Positions 26,132 to 36,423 of a DNA stretch of 64,000 bases are shown in pieces. The position numbers were made by a program, and so were the translations under genes. Origin of the DNA: Synechococcus sp. GTDB lineage: Bacteria; Cyanobacteriota; Cyanobacteriia; PCC-6307; Cyanobiaceae. The stretch is from positions 2,368,136 to 2,432,135 of the forward strand of contig JBJBDC010000001.1 of assembly GCA_047285535.1 (NCBI GenBank). The letters are read 5' to 3'. The notes beneath the pieces were generated by a model. The model ran no database searches. It had not been told where the DNA came from and worked only from the letters and a program-made list of their open reading frames with translations. Every line of letters begins with the position of its first letter. Positions within the stretch are counted from its first letter, which is position 1.

Positions 26132-28594
26132 TCAGCTATCAATCCAGCGCATAAAATTTCTGCGTTTTTCTCTAAATTTCTGGCGCCAAGCACTGCTTTT
26201 AGTTTGCGCGTTGGCTTTCTGATTGATTGAGTTTTCGTCGTCTGGGTTGGCGTAATGGGCATAGGTCCATGAGGAGTCGTAGGCCCCATATCCATATCCA
26301 TATCTGTATCCGTATTTTCCATAACCGTATTGTCCGTATCCATAGGAGGAGCGAGACTCTTTTGATGGCTTAATCCCTTTGGTGACTAGACCCAGCAGTG
26401 GGGCCCCACTGCTGAGAATGCGGTTTACAGATTCCTTTGGTAAGCCCCGATCAACACGTTCAAGACTGACGAGCAGCATCAGGCCGTCGCAATGTTCAGC
26501 CACGAGGGCGGCATCTGCCAGCCCGAGAACCGGCGGGGTGTCGAACAGCACGAAATCAAAATCACTGCTATCTACAAGATCTTTAACTAAGGACTGCATG
26601 CGTTTGGAACTCAGCAATCTGGTGGGATCGGGTGGCCTTCGGCCAGCAGTGAGCACTTTCCAGTTCTCGTAACCAGGAACATTTTGTAAGAGGTCTTCCC
26701 AGCGCTTTTGGTCTTCCGCGAGAAGATTGGAAAGGCCTGAGAGGTTGTTGAGCCCCAGACGAACATGCATTTGCGGTTTGCGCAGGTCTGCATCAATCAA
26801 CAGCACGCGCTGCCCCATTTCGGACAGGGTTTTGGCTAGCAGTACATTCACCAGTGATTTACCTTCTGCAGGGAGAGAACTGGTAAGAGCTACGGTCTTT
26901 AAGGGTGTATCACTGTTCAAAAAACGGATTGAGGTGAACAAGTTGCGGAACGCCTCTTGATAGAAAAAACGTTGATAGTTGTTATATTTGGGATCTGCTT
27001 TCTCTTCATTTACTTCAATTTTTGCAGCGCTATCGAGTTCTGAGAGCAGGAATCGTTTATCTTCTCGAACACCTTGAAAAAACTCCACATGGGGTATGTG
27101 ACCGAGCAAGGCAAGTCCAAGATCCTCTTTGACTTCTTCCGGGTTGTGAAAGACATGATCAAAACGGTCACGTAGTAGACCGATTCCAATCCCAGAGATC
27201 AGTCCAACAAAGATGGCCTTCAAAAGCCCTCTCCCCACCATGGGCTCGATGGGGTTGGGATTCATCCTGGGTGGAGACAGCAGACGCCACGGCACGCTGT
27301 TTTGAGCGAGTTCAAGCCGGAAGGATTCCTGGGCAGAGGTGAGAGCTGCCAGATTGCCTTGCACTAACTCAAGCCGGCCTAAAAGCTTCTCGTAGGCTTT
27401 AATCAAGGCTGGTTGGCGCAAAAACTGCTGATTCAGACGATTGAGTTCTAACTCTGTGAAATTGATCTGGTCAGCATTCACCTGCAGAGCTGTGTCGATG
27501 GCTTGAAGCTGGCTGGCTAAAAGCAATGGTTCAAGTTGAGCTTTTTTCTGCTCCAGACTTTGTACTACTGAGGAGTTGGCCTGGTAGGTGCTACGAGCTT
27601 CTGCGAGAGCTTCCTCCACCGAGGTGAGTTGTTCCACCAGACCAGGATCGATGCCGGTAATATTGAGACTTCCACTGAGGGAGGAGCCAGCGGTACTAGC
27701 AGCTACTCCCGAGGCGCTGCTCTGGCCGCTGCTAATACTTCCCTGGAAGCCGGAGGAACTGAGATTACCAGCTGATACTTGTGTCCGTACTTGTTGTAGA
27801 CTTCGTCTTGTATTTTTTAAATTTAATAAATGTTCTTCTTGCTTGGCTAGGTTTTTTTCAGCTGTAGAGGCTTCTGCTACCGCATCAATCAAGCGGTTTT
27901 GCTTACGGAACACTTCAAGTTCGTTAAGCACAATGGCTGTTTTTTCTTCTAAGGCGGGTGCTTGTTGATCAAGGAAAGCCAAACCATCTCTAAGACGCTG
28001 CTGGCGCTGTCTTTGGGCTGTTTTTAAATAAGTATTGGCCAGTTCTGAAAGAAGAACTCTGTCTTCTTCTGGATCCTTTCCATTGAGGCTAACCTTGATA
28101 ATACCGGCACCAACGTTATTAATACCGTTTCTTCTGCCGCCACCTTCGGGTGTAATTGAAATTCGAGAAGCAAGAATGTTTTCGCTAATACCTGTTTTTT
28201 TGGCAACCGGCTCAAGTACAAGATAGCTGCGCATCACTGCGATCAGTGTTTGCAGATCGTTGTTGATGGAATTAAGGGCTAGACTTTCAAAATTCGTATT
28301 GCTTTCGGATCTGTTTTGCGCTGAAGTGTTGTTATTAATAGGATCTTTAATGAGAAGGCTGAATGATCCTTGATAAACCGGATGAAAGATCCTTTGTATT
28401 GATAGCTGCAGCGTCATTGCAGATGTGATGGTGAGCGCTGTGATGGCAATAAGTTTTCTTCGCCTTGAAAGAATTCGAATAATTTCTTTCCATTTCAATC
28501 CTTCCTCAGTTCCAAGATTGAATTTGCCGCTTGTATCTTCGCTTGTAGAAGATTGTAATAGCTCATTTTTTTGCGAACCTGTGCTTAGGGCCAT
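26132..28594 (-). CDS. wzc: Polysaccharide co-polymerase / BY-kinase (Wzc-like)
   Basis: Two TMs flanking a coiled coil; Walker A SSLPAEGKS, A' IDADLRKP, B FDTPP; C-terminal Tyr cluster YGYGQYGYGKYGYRYGYGYGAY. Confidence 0.93.
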   Translation of the reverse strand: MALSTGSQKNELLQSSTSEDTSGKFNLGTEEGLKWKEIIRILSRRRKLIAITALTITSAMTLQLSIQRIFHPVYQGSFSLLIKDPINNNTSAQNRSESNTNFESLALNSINNDLQTLIAVMRSYLVLEPVAKKTGISENILASRISITPEGGGRRNGINNVGAGIIKVSLNGKDPEEDRVLLSELANTYLKTAQRQRQQRLRDGLAFLDQQAPALEEKTAIVLNELEVFRKQNRLIDAVAEASTAEKNLAKQEEHLLNLKNTRRSLQQVRTQVSAGNLSSSGFQGSISSGQSSASGVAASTAGSSLSGSLNITGIDPGLVEQLTSVEEALAEARSTYQANSSVVQSLEQKKAQLEPLLLASQLQAIDTALQVNADQINFTELELNRLNQQFLRQPALIKAYEKLLGRLELVQGNLAALTSAQESFRLELAQNSVPWRLLSPPRMNPNPIEPMVGRGLLKAIFVGLISGIGIGLLRDRFDHVFHNPEEVKEDLGLALLGHIPHVEFFQGVREDKRFLLSELDSAAKIEVNEEKADPKYNNYQRFFYQEAFRNLFTSIRFLNSDTPLKTVALTSSLPAEGKSLVNVLLAKTLSEMGQRVLLIDADLRKPQMHVRLGLNNLSGLSNLLAEDQKRWEDLLQNVPGYENWKVLTAGRRPPDPTRLLSSKRMQSLVKDLVDSSDFDFVLFDTPPVLGLADAALVAEHCDGLMLLVSLERVDRGLPKESVNRILSSGAPLLGLVTKGIKPSKESRSSYGYGQYGYGKYGYRYGYGYGAYDSSWTYAHYANPDDENSINQKANAQTKSSAWRQKFREKRRNFMRWIDS

Positions 28595-28669
28595 ATTGCC
28601 TTACTTCCAGTGCAGGTATTGTCCGATGCATGCTTGCTAATGAGAGTCCCTATGGGACACTTCTTTTGA

Positions 28670-29806
28670 TTGTCTTTGGTGCTAGCGGTGATCTCATTGA
28701 TTCGTCGTCCCCTAGCGCTCTCTTTGATGTATGCCGTTTATTCGGCTCAGGTAGCGGCTGGAGCTCTGGCGGTGACTATCGACTATGAGGTTCCAGTCAA
28801 TGGTGTGTCTCAACAAGAAGTCGATATAACTGCAGATGTTTACATCATTGGTCCTGGCGATGTGCTTGAGCTCAAAGTCTTTGGTGCTGAAGAATTGTCA
28901 GGACCACTCACCGTTTTAAGTGATGGCAGCGTTTCATTTCCTTATCTCGGCTCGGTTCGCTTGGCAGGGCTCACGTTGCAGCAGGCGATGCTTTGGACAC
29001 GGGAGTTGTTAAGTAAGGAGTTGCTACGGACTGATCTCCAATTAACCGTTACTCGCCCTCGGCCAATGCACATTTCCATTATTGGGCAGGTTCAGCGGCC
29101 GGGGCTTTACACCCTTGGCGAAACCTCTGGAAGTTCATCTGGAAGAGGAGATTCTGATGGTGTGGGAGGCGCCACAAGTGGCCTACCAACTTTAGTTTCT
29201 GCAATTCAAACGGCTGGAGGAATCACCCAACAGGCCAGTCTGCGCGATGTGGTGTTGCAACGTCGAATGCCAGGCTTGGAGCCTCGTTACAAGATGCAGC
29301 GCCTCAATCTTTTCTCACTTCTGTTTGATGGTGATCAACGTCAAAATCCCTATTTATTTGACGGCGATGTGATAAAAGTGCCTTTGGCAGAGGAAACTCC
29401 TGAGGAAGCTGTTGAGCTCGCTGCGGTGAATCTGTCGCCAAACACCATCAGTGTCAATGTGATGGGAGAGGTTCAATCACCTGGGGTTATGAATCTCCGG
29501 GCCAATATTCCGCTCACTCAGGCCATTTTGATGGCAGGTGGGACGCGTGAATGGCGAGCAAACCGCGGAGATGTTGAGCTGGTGCGGCTCAATCGCAATG
29601 GAACCGTCACCTTGAAGAGGTTTCGGCTGGATTTAGCAGCGGGAGCTTCGAATGAGAAGAACCCACCACTTCGTAATGGCGACATTGTGCGTGTTAAGCG
29701 CAGTTTGCTTGCGAAAGGCTCGGACGCTATTTCCGGTGTGACTCAGCCTCTTACTGGCTTAGTCAGTGTTTGGGGTTTGGTACGGCTGGTAGGTAATTCA
29801 AACTAA
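28670..29806 (+). CDS. wza: OPX polysaccharide export protein (Wza-like, SLBB repeats)
   Basis: YIIGPGDVL...DGSVSFPYLG, GQVQRPG, GEVQSPG, LRNGD, amphipathic C-terminal helix. Start uncertain. Confidence 0.88.
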   Translation: MSLVLAVISLIRRPLALSLMYAVYSAQVAAGALAVTIDYEVPVNGVSQQEVDITADVYIIGPGDVLELKVFGAEELSGPLTVLSDGSVSFPYLGSVRLAGLTLQQAMLWTRELLSKELLRTDLQLTVTRPRPMHISIIGQVQRPGLYTLGETSGSSSGRGDSDGVGGATSGLPTLVSAIQTAGGITQQASLRDVVLQRRMPGLEPRYKMQRLNLFSLLFDGDQRQNPYLFDGDVIKVPLAEETPEEAVELAAVNLSPNTISVNVMGEVQSPGVMNLRANIPLTQAILMAGGTREWRANRGDVELVRLNRNGTVTLKRFRLDLAAGASNEKNPPLRNGDIVRVKRSLLAKGSDAISGVTQPLTGLVSVWGLVRLVGNSN

Positions 29807-30426
29807 TTGCTTTCATCATTTGGCGGTAGTTGTACATAGCATTCCTTTTGATTTTTCACGCTTATCTGTCTAATACTTAAATTTTGGCTTCTTATGAGTG
29901 AAGTATATTGTCGAATTTCTTTTCAAAGTCTTTAATTTTTTTACTAATTGTATGTTTTTTAATTATTTTTTAAAGCGTTGGTTTTTGATTGGGGCTGGCG
30001 CAAGGGCCTTGGTCAATGCGATAGTAGCTACGAATCTATAGTGAGACGTCTGAGCTCTGCTCACGTCCGCTGCAAAAAATCAAAGACATGCTGGGCGATG
30101 GCTTATTGTTAAAATTAGTTAATTTTAAGCAAGGTTCTTTTGTTGTCGGAATAGCTAAAACTGTTTTTCCCGTTTAGTGGAGCTTTGCAGGATCAAGAAT
30201 CTGATGAACACCCTGTTAAAAGAAGAGAAGCGGATTTATCGTCGAATACATCAATCACATTTGTCATTATCCGTATTGATGGATCAGTATTTTGTGCTTT
30301 ATTACTAAGATTTTATGGATTCCGCCAAGTTGATCAGAATGATCTAAAGAGCTTGGCCTGCCTGTAAGCCGACTCAGAATGGGGCTGGGCTTCCAATTCC
30401 CATTCTTTTTAATGCTGAACACGTAA

Positions 30427-31371
30427 ATGCCTGCTTCTCTCACTCGCAATCTGGTTACTGGTGGCGCAGGTTTCTTGGGTTCTCATCTTTGTGACCGGTT
30501 GATGGAATCTGGAGAAGAGGTTATTTGCCTTGACAATTTTTTCACAGGGCGCAAGGCAAATATCGATCAATGGATCGGCAACCCACACTTTGAGCTGATC
30601 CGTCATGACGTAACAGACCCGATCAAATTGGAGGTGGATCGGATTTGGCATCTGGCCTGTCCTGCTTCACCGGTCCATTACCAATTCAACCCGGTCAAAA
30701 CAGCGAAAACCAGCTTTCTCGGCACATACAACATGCTGGGTTTGGCTCGGCGCGTAAATGCCCGCCTGCTGCTAGCTTCCACCAGTGAGGTCTATGGTGA
30801 TCCTGAAGTGCATCCCCAGCCCGAGAACTACAGGGGTTGCGTGAATACAATTGGCATTCGTAGCTGCTACGACGAAGGCAAGCGCATTGCTGAAACGCTT
30901 TGTTTCGATTACCAGCGCATGCATGACCTCGAAATCCGGGTGATGCGGATTTTCAATACCTATGGTCCGCGTATGCTTCCTGATGATGGCAGGGTGGTGA
31001 GCAACTTCATTGTGCAGGCGCTCAAAGGAGAGCCATTAACTTTGTACGGCGATGGAGGCCAGACGCGCAGCTTCTGTTTTGTAGACGATCTGATCGAAGG
31101 AATGATCCGTTTGATGAATGGGAGGCACACTGGTCCGATCAATATCGGTAATCCCAGTGAATTCACGATTCGACAGCTTGCAGAACTCGTGCGCGCCAAA
31201 ATCAATCCTGAGTTGAAACTAGTTGAGCAACCCTTGCCTCAAGATGATCCACTCCAGCGTCAGCCAGTGATTGATCTCGCCCAAGAAGAGTTGGGCTGGC
31301 ATCCCACGGTGTCTTTGGAGCAGGGACTTGATTCCACCATTGATTATTTTAATAAGTTGCTCAAGCCATGA
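30427..31371 (+). CDS. UDP-glucuronate decarboxylase (UDP-xylose synthase)
   Basis: [46 protein letters not shown]. Confidence 0.93.
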   Translation: MPASLTRNLVTGGAGFLGSHLCDRLMESGEEVICLDNFFTGRKANIDQWIGNPHFELIRHDVTDPIKLEVDRIWHLACPASPVHYQFNPVKTAKTSFLGTYNMLGLARRVNARLLLASTSEVYGDPEVHPQPENYRGCVNTIGIRSCYDEGKRIAETLCFDYQRMHDLEIRVMRIFNTYGPRMLPDDGRVVSNFIVQALKGEPLTLYGDGGQTRSFCFVDDLIEGMIRLMNGRHTGPINIGNPSEFTIRQLAELVRAKINPELKLVEQPLPQDDPLQRQPVIDLAQEELGWHPTVSLEQGLDSTIDYFNKLLKP

Positions 31372-32390
31372 CCATCCTCGTCACAGGTGCCGCTGGTTTC
31401 ATTGGATTTCACTTAAGTACCCGTCTGCTCGAAGAGGGATCGTCTGTGGTTGGTTTTGACAACGTCAACCCTTATTACGACCCCAACCTGAAGCGGGCCC
31501 GGATTGCTCAACTGAAAGCTACAGCAGCTCGTACGGGCACTAGTTTTAAATTAATAGAAGCTGATATAGAAGATGAAAAGTCAGTAGAGGAGGCGTTCGC
31601 AGAGTTTATGCCTAGCAAAGTCGTGAACCTAGCGGCTCAGGCGGGTGTACGTTATTCTATTCAAAATCCATCTGCTTATATTCAAGCTAATTTAGTCGGT
31701 TTTGGGCATATTTTGGAAGGATGCAGGCATCATGGGGTTGAACATCTTGTGTATGCGAGTAGTAGCTCAGTCTATGGAGGCAATAAGTGCATGCCTTTCT
31801 CTGAGCAGCACAGCGTGGATCATCCTGTGAGTTTGTACGCCGCCAGCAAAAAAGCCAATGAGTTGATGGCTCACACGTACAGCCATCTATATGATTTGCC
31901 AGCCACGGGACTTCGTTTTTTCACGGTATATGGTCCTTGGGGAAGGCCTGATATGGCTTTGTTTCTCTTTACCAAAGCAATATTAGAAGGCAAACCAATT
32001 CAGGTGTTTAATAACGGTCAAATGGTGAGAGATTTCACTTACGTTGACGATATAGTAGAAAGTTTGACTCGTCTGCTGAATAAGCCTGCATCAGCTGACC
32101 AGGACTTTAACCCTGAGGCACCCAATTCATCCACCAGTTGGGCACCTCACAGGGTATTCAATATTGGCAACTCCAATCCCACTCCGTTGATGGATTACAT
32201 CCAAGCTTTGGAGCATGCTCTGGGGGTGACGGCTAAGAAGCATATGATGCCAATGCAACCAGGGGATGTACCAGCCACTGCAGCAGATACATCTGCACTG
32301 AAGGCCTGGATAAACTTCAAACCAAATACTTCGGTTGAGGAGGGAGTGGCAAGGTTTGTTGGGTGGTATCGAGAGTTTTACGGCGTTTGA
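31368..32390 (+). CDS. UDP-glucuronate 4-epimerase (CapI/WcaG-like)
   Basis: [42 protein letters not shown]. Confidence 0.92.
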   Translation: MTILVTGAAGFIGFHLSTRLLEEGSSVVGFDNVNPYYDPNLKRARIAQLKATAARTGTSFKLIEADIEDEKSVEEAFAEFMPSKVVNLAAQAGVRYSIQNPSAYIQANLVGFGHILEGCRHHGVEHLVYASSSSVYGGNKCMPFSEQHSVDHPVSLYAASKKANELMAHTYSHLYDLPATGLRFFTVYGPWGRPDMALFLFTKAILEGKPIQVFNNGQMVRDFTYVDDIVESLTRLLNKPASADQDFNPEAPNSSTSWAPHRVFNIGNSNPTPLMDYIQALEHALGVTAKKHMMPMQPGDVPATAADTSALKAWINFKPNTSVEEGVARFVGWYREFYGV

Positions 32391-32395
32391 TCGTG

Positions 32396-33757
32396 ATGAA
32401 TCCATTCCCTGATCTAAATGAATGCACAGTTGCGGTTATCGGCCTCGGATATGTGGGTTTACCGCTGGCCGTAGAGCTCGCTAAGCCTCAGGCTTGCGCT
32501 CGCAGTGGCGAGCTTTTGCGTCGCAGTGTTATTGGCTTTGATATCAATCAGAAACGGCTAAGCGAATTGGCTGAGGGCGAGGACTGCACCAACGAAATCA
32601 GTCTTGAAGAGCTGGAGTCAGCCCAATCGCTTCAGTTGAGCAGCAATCCTGAGGATCTGGCATCAGCTGATGTTTTTGTTGTCACAGTGCCCACTCCGAT
32701 CGATAGCTCTAAACGCCCTGATCTAAGACCTTTGGAGAAAGCTAGTGCTTCGGTAGGTCAAGCACTAAAAGCGCGTGTTCACCAAATGCAGGTAAGAGGG
32801 CAGCCCATAACAACGCCCTTGGTGATCTACGAGAGCACTGTTTATCCAGGTGCTACCGAAGAGATTTGCGTGCCGATTCTGGAGCTAAATTCAGGCCTAA
32901 TTTATAATAAGGGATTTTTCTGTGGGTACAGTCCAGAAAGAATCAATCCTGGAGACAAGGAGCATAGGCTCACCAGCATCGTTAAGGTGACAAGCGGCAG
33001 CTCACCCGAGGCATCCGACTGGATTGATAGTTTTTATGGATCAATTATTTCAGCAGGAACGCATCAAGCAGTGAGCCTTAAGGTGGCAGAAGCTGCCAAA
33101 GTAATTGAAAATACCCAGCGTGATCTTAATATTGCTTTGGTAAATGAGCTTGCAATAATCTTCCAAAAGTTGGGGATTGATACGCTTGATGTGCTCGAAG
33201 CTGCTGGTAGCAAATGGAATTTTTTACCCTTTCGCCCAGGCTTAGTGGGCGGCCATTGTATCGGTGTTGATCCCTATTACCTGACTCATAAGGCGGAACA
33301 GCTTGGATATTATCCCCAAGTTGTGTTGGCAGGCCGACGCATCAATGACGGCATGGGTCAGTGGGTAGTAGAGCAGCTTGTGCTGCAGATGGTCCGTAAA
33401 GGGATGGTTATCTCTGGAGCCAAGGTGCTGTTGCTGGGGCTGAGTTTTAAGGAGAACTGCCCCGATCTACGTAATACGCGGGTGGTTGATTTGATTGCCG
33501 CTTTGCGGAGTTATGGCATGGAGCCGCTGGTAGTTGATCCGTGGGTTGATATTTCTGAAGGAAAGAATGAAGTGGGTCTTGAAGTGTTGAAAGTGATTCC
33601 CTCTGATCAACGCTTTTCAGCAGTAGTGGTGGCTTTGGCACACGATCAGTTCAAAGCAATAAGCGAGAGTCGGTGGGCTGAACTTCTTGGTCTTAACGGG
33701 GTACTTATGGATCTTAAAGGGATTGTGCCTCGTTCTTTGAATCCTGTGCGTTTATAG
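32396..33757 (+). CDS. UDP-N-acetylhexosamine 6-dehydrogenase (WbpO/TviB-like)
   Basis: GLGYVGLP, ESTVYPG, SPERINPGD, GGHCIGVDP, FKENCPD. Confidence 0.9.
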   Translation: MNPFPDLNECTVAVIGLGYVGLPLAVELAKPQACARSGELLRRSVIGFDINQKRLSELAEGEDCTNEISLEELESAQSLQLSSNPEDLASADVFVVTVPTPIDSSKRPDLRPLEKASASVGQALKARVHQMQVRGQPITTPLVIYESTVYPGATEEICVPILELNSGLIYNKGFFCGYSPERINPGDKEHRLTSIVKVTSGSSPEASDWIDSFYGSIISAGTHQAVSLKVAEAAKVIENTQRDLNIALVNELAIIFQKLGIDTLDVLEAAGSKWNFLPFRPGLVGGHCIGVDPYYLTHKAEQLGYYPQVVLAGRRINDGMGQWVVEQLVLQMVRKGMVISGAKVLLLGLSFKENCPDLRNTRVVDLIAALRSYGMEPLVVDPWVDISEGKNEVGLEVLKVIPSDQRFSAVVVALAHDQFKAISESRWAELLGLNGVLMDLKGIVPRSLNPVRL

Positions 33758-33761
33758 GTCT

Positions 33762-35567
33762 ATGACATTAAAATCATCCAAATATGAAATCAATCAAAAT
33801 TACTTTTATTTATTGTGCCAGCTTTGGGGGAGCCTTAGTGGCCGCCGCCGCCGACAGTTGTTTGCGTCTTTGATTTTGATGTTGCTTAATAGTTTTGCGG
33901 AGGTCGTGAGTTTGGCTGCTGTACTCCCATTTCTGGCTGTGCTGGCAAATCCAACAGGTCTATGGAACCAGCCGCTAGTGCAGGAATGGGGACCGCAGGT
34001 TGGTATTTCCAATTCTCAAGAGCTCCTGATTCCAGTCACTCTTTTCTTTGCCGTGACAGCTTTATTGGCTGGTGCGATTCGTATGTTGAATTTATGGATA
34101 ATCAACCGTGTTACAGCAGCTATTGGCTCCGAAATCAGCTGTGAAGCGTTCCGCCGCAGCCTTTTTCAACCTTATATAACTCACGTTTCCTCTAACTCTA
34201 GCAGCTTCATCGCATCTATTGGAGCCGATGTAGGTCGGGTGATTGGTGGAGTAGTCCTTCCACTCCTGATGTTGATAAGTTCATTTACAACAGTGTTCAG
34301 CATTGCGGCTGTATTATTGACAATTGACTGGTCAATTGCTCTCAGTACATCTCTAGTGGTTTTCTTGGTTTATGCTATATCGTTGGCACAAAATCGTAAG
34401 CCCCTTAAGTTAATTGGTCAAAGTCAAAGAGTTCTTTATAAACGTTTGATCCAGACGATGCAAGAGGGGTTGGGTGCAATTCGAGATGTCCTTCTTGATG
34501 GTTCGCAAAACTTTTACTGCGAGATATACCAAAGGACAGACAACCCTATGAGACGAAACGAGGCTGATGCTCGTTTTCTTAGTTCTTATCCAAAGATGGT
34601 ACTAGAGCCTGTTGGCATTGCTGCCATTGCAGTGTTTGGCCTTCTCCTGGTAAATCAGCAGGGCGTAGGAAGGGCACTGCCGCTTCTTGGTGCTTTGGCT
34701 CTAGGGGCTCAAAGACTACTTCCAGTTGTTCAGAAGATTTACGAAAACTGGGCAGTCATGAGCACTGCTAAAGCAAGCCTCATAAAAGTTTTGAATCTGA
34801 TAAATCAGCCAATGCCTTCAGTTGATAACAGATCAGGCTTGGAACCAATGCGATTAAAGCAAAGTCTTCGTTTTGAGGGAGTGCATTTTTCTTATGGAAT
34901 TGCTTTGCCTCAAGTCCTTAAGGGCTTGGATTTCGAAATAAGGCGTGGGGAAAGAATTGGCATAGTGGGTGGTACGGGAAGCGGCAAGAGCACAACATTA
35001 GATTTGCTAATTGGACTCCTACAGCCTACTTCAGGCCGTGTATTGGTTGACACTGAAGATATTTTTAACTCAGCCTATCCGCAACGACTAGAGAGATGGC
35101 GCTCCGCTATTGCCCATGTTCCTCAGACTATTTATCTGGCCGACAGCTCAATAGCTGAGAATATTGCCTTCGGTATTCCCCGCCATTTAATTGATATTAA
35201 CTTGGTGAAGAGTGCAGCGCAACAGGCTCAAATTGCAAGTTTTATTGAGAGTACTGATGATGGCTATGAGACTTTTGCTGGAGAGAGGGGTATTCGTCTA
35301 AGTGGTGGCCAGCGGCAAAGAATAGGTATTGCACGAGCTCTTTATAAACAAGCTCAGATTTTAGTGTTTGATGAGGCTACCAGTGCCTTGGATACATTTA
35401 CTGAGCAATCTGTTATGCAAGCTATTGAAGGTTTAAGTAAAGAGCTCACGATAGTGATGATTGCTCACCGTCTTAGCACAGTTAGAAATTGCGATCGCAT
35501 AATCATGTTAAAAGATGGCTATATTGAAAAGCAGGGCAGTCCAAGCCAGATCTTGATCGAATCCTAG
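33762..35567 (+). CDS. ABC exporter, PglK/HepA/MsbA-like oligosaccharide flippase
   Basis: TM domain fused to NBD: GGTGSGKS, LSGGQRQ, VFDEATSALD, IAHR. Confidence 0.85.
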   Translation: MTLKSSKYEINQNYFYLLCQLWGSLSGRRRRQLFASLILMLLNSFAEVVSLAAVLPFLAVLANPTGLWNQPLVQEWGPQVGISNSQELLIPVTLFFAVTALLAGAIRMLNLWIINRVTAAIGSEISCEAFRRSLFQPYITHVSSNSSSFIASIGADVGRVIGGVVLPLLMLISSFTTVFSIAAVLLTIDWSIALSTSLVVFLVYAISLAQNRKPLKLIGQSQRVLYKRLIQTMQEGLGAIRDVLLDGSQNFYCEIYQRTDNPMRRNEADARFLSSYPKMVLEPVGIAAIAVFGLLLVNQQGVGRALPLLGALALGAQRLLPVVQKIYENWAVMSTAKASLIKVLNLINQPMPSVDNRSGLEPMRLKQSLRFEGVHFSYGIALPQVLKGLDFEIRRGERIGIVGGTGSGKSTTLDLLIGLLQPTSGRVLVDTEDIFNSAYPQRLERWRSAIAHVPQTIYLADSSIAENIAFGIPRHLIDINLVKSAAQQAQIASFIESTDDGYETFAGERGIRLSGGQRQRIGIARALYKQAQILVFDEATSALDTFTEQSVMQAIEGLSKELTIVMIAHRLSTVRNCDRIIMLKDGYIEKQGSPSQILIES

Positions 35568-35882
35568 GATGAAAGAATTGTTTCTTGCATGATAAAAAGC
35601 AACTCTGAATCTCTTTGCCGTAATTCTTTGCCCATCTAGTTGCTTTTTGATTGCAATGAATTCCTGGAATCCAAATTCATGCTATGCATAAATGCTAAAA
35701 TGGTTTTGAAATTTCAGATTTCGAAGACAGCTCTTGAATGGCTCCATTCGCTCGCTAGACTAAGTGATGAATCCATGCTTATTCATGTAAGGCCATATCA
35801 ATTGTTTTGTATTCTTTCTTTTTGGAGAGCTTTCTCGTCTATCCTCGGCATATTTTATTTAAATAAACCGTGACTTGAAACC

Positions 35883-36359
35883 ATGATTCATTCTGAATCG
35901 TTTATTCATGACAAATCAATTGTCGGCAAGCGGGTTTCCGTAGGGGCTCGTACAAGGATATGGGCATTTACAAATTTACTTGACGGAGCTGAAATTGGTG
36001 AGGATTGCAATGTTTGCGATCATGTATTTATAGAAGGCGATGTAAAAGTTGGAGATCGCGTAACAATAAAATGCGGAGTGCAGCTTTGGAATGGATTGAG
36101 AATTGAAGATGATGTCTTTATCGGTCCAAATGTGACATTTACAAATGATTTGTATCCACGTAGCAAGCAGTATCCAGAACATTTTCTAAACACTTATGTC
36201 AAGGCAGGTGCGTCAATTGGGGGAGGCGCAATTATATTGCCAGGCATCACAGTTGGAGCTAAGGCCATTGTAGGCGCAGGCAGTGTCGTTACAAAGTCTG
36301 TTCCTGCTAAGTCGATAGTCGCAGGAAACCCAGCGCGCTTAATTCGTATGATTGAGTGA
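35883..36359 (+). CDS. dTDP-3-amino-sugar N-acetyltransferase (FdtC/WxcM N-domain-like)
   Basis: Hexapeptide repeats; TRIWAF, VFIGPNVTFTNDLYPRS, GNPAR. Confidence 0.85.
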   Translation: MIHSESFIHDKSIVGKRVSVGARTRIWAFTNLLDGAEIGEDCNVCDHVFIEGDVKVGDRVTIKCGVQLWNGLRIEDDVFIGPNVTFTNDLYPRSKQYPEHFLNTYVKAGASIGGGAIILPGITVGAKAIVGAGSVVTKSVPAKSIVAGNPARLIRMIE

Positions 36360-36423
36360 TATGATCAAATTATAAGGTGAATATCATGAACTTAGCTGAT
36401 TTTTTGCTTTTTGAATTAAAAAA

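Noticed and set aside
26280..26345. CCATAT/CCGTAT short tandem repeats
   Set aside because: They encode the Wzc Tyr-Gly cluster; not a CRISPR or phase-variation tract.
29822..29829. GGCGGTAG, the ops/JUMPstart core, upstream of the long polysaccharide gene run
   Set aside because: About two copies of any 8-mer are expected by chance in 64 kb on both strands. The NNTG extension does not match, and I know of no RfaH system in picocyanobacteria.
35640..35873. Small ORFs in island spacers (also 30185-30367 and 41537-41779)
   Set aside because: TTG starts, no motifs and low-information AT-rich translations; probably spurious.
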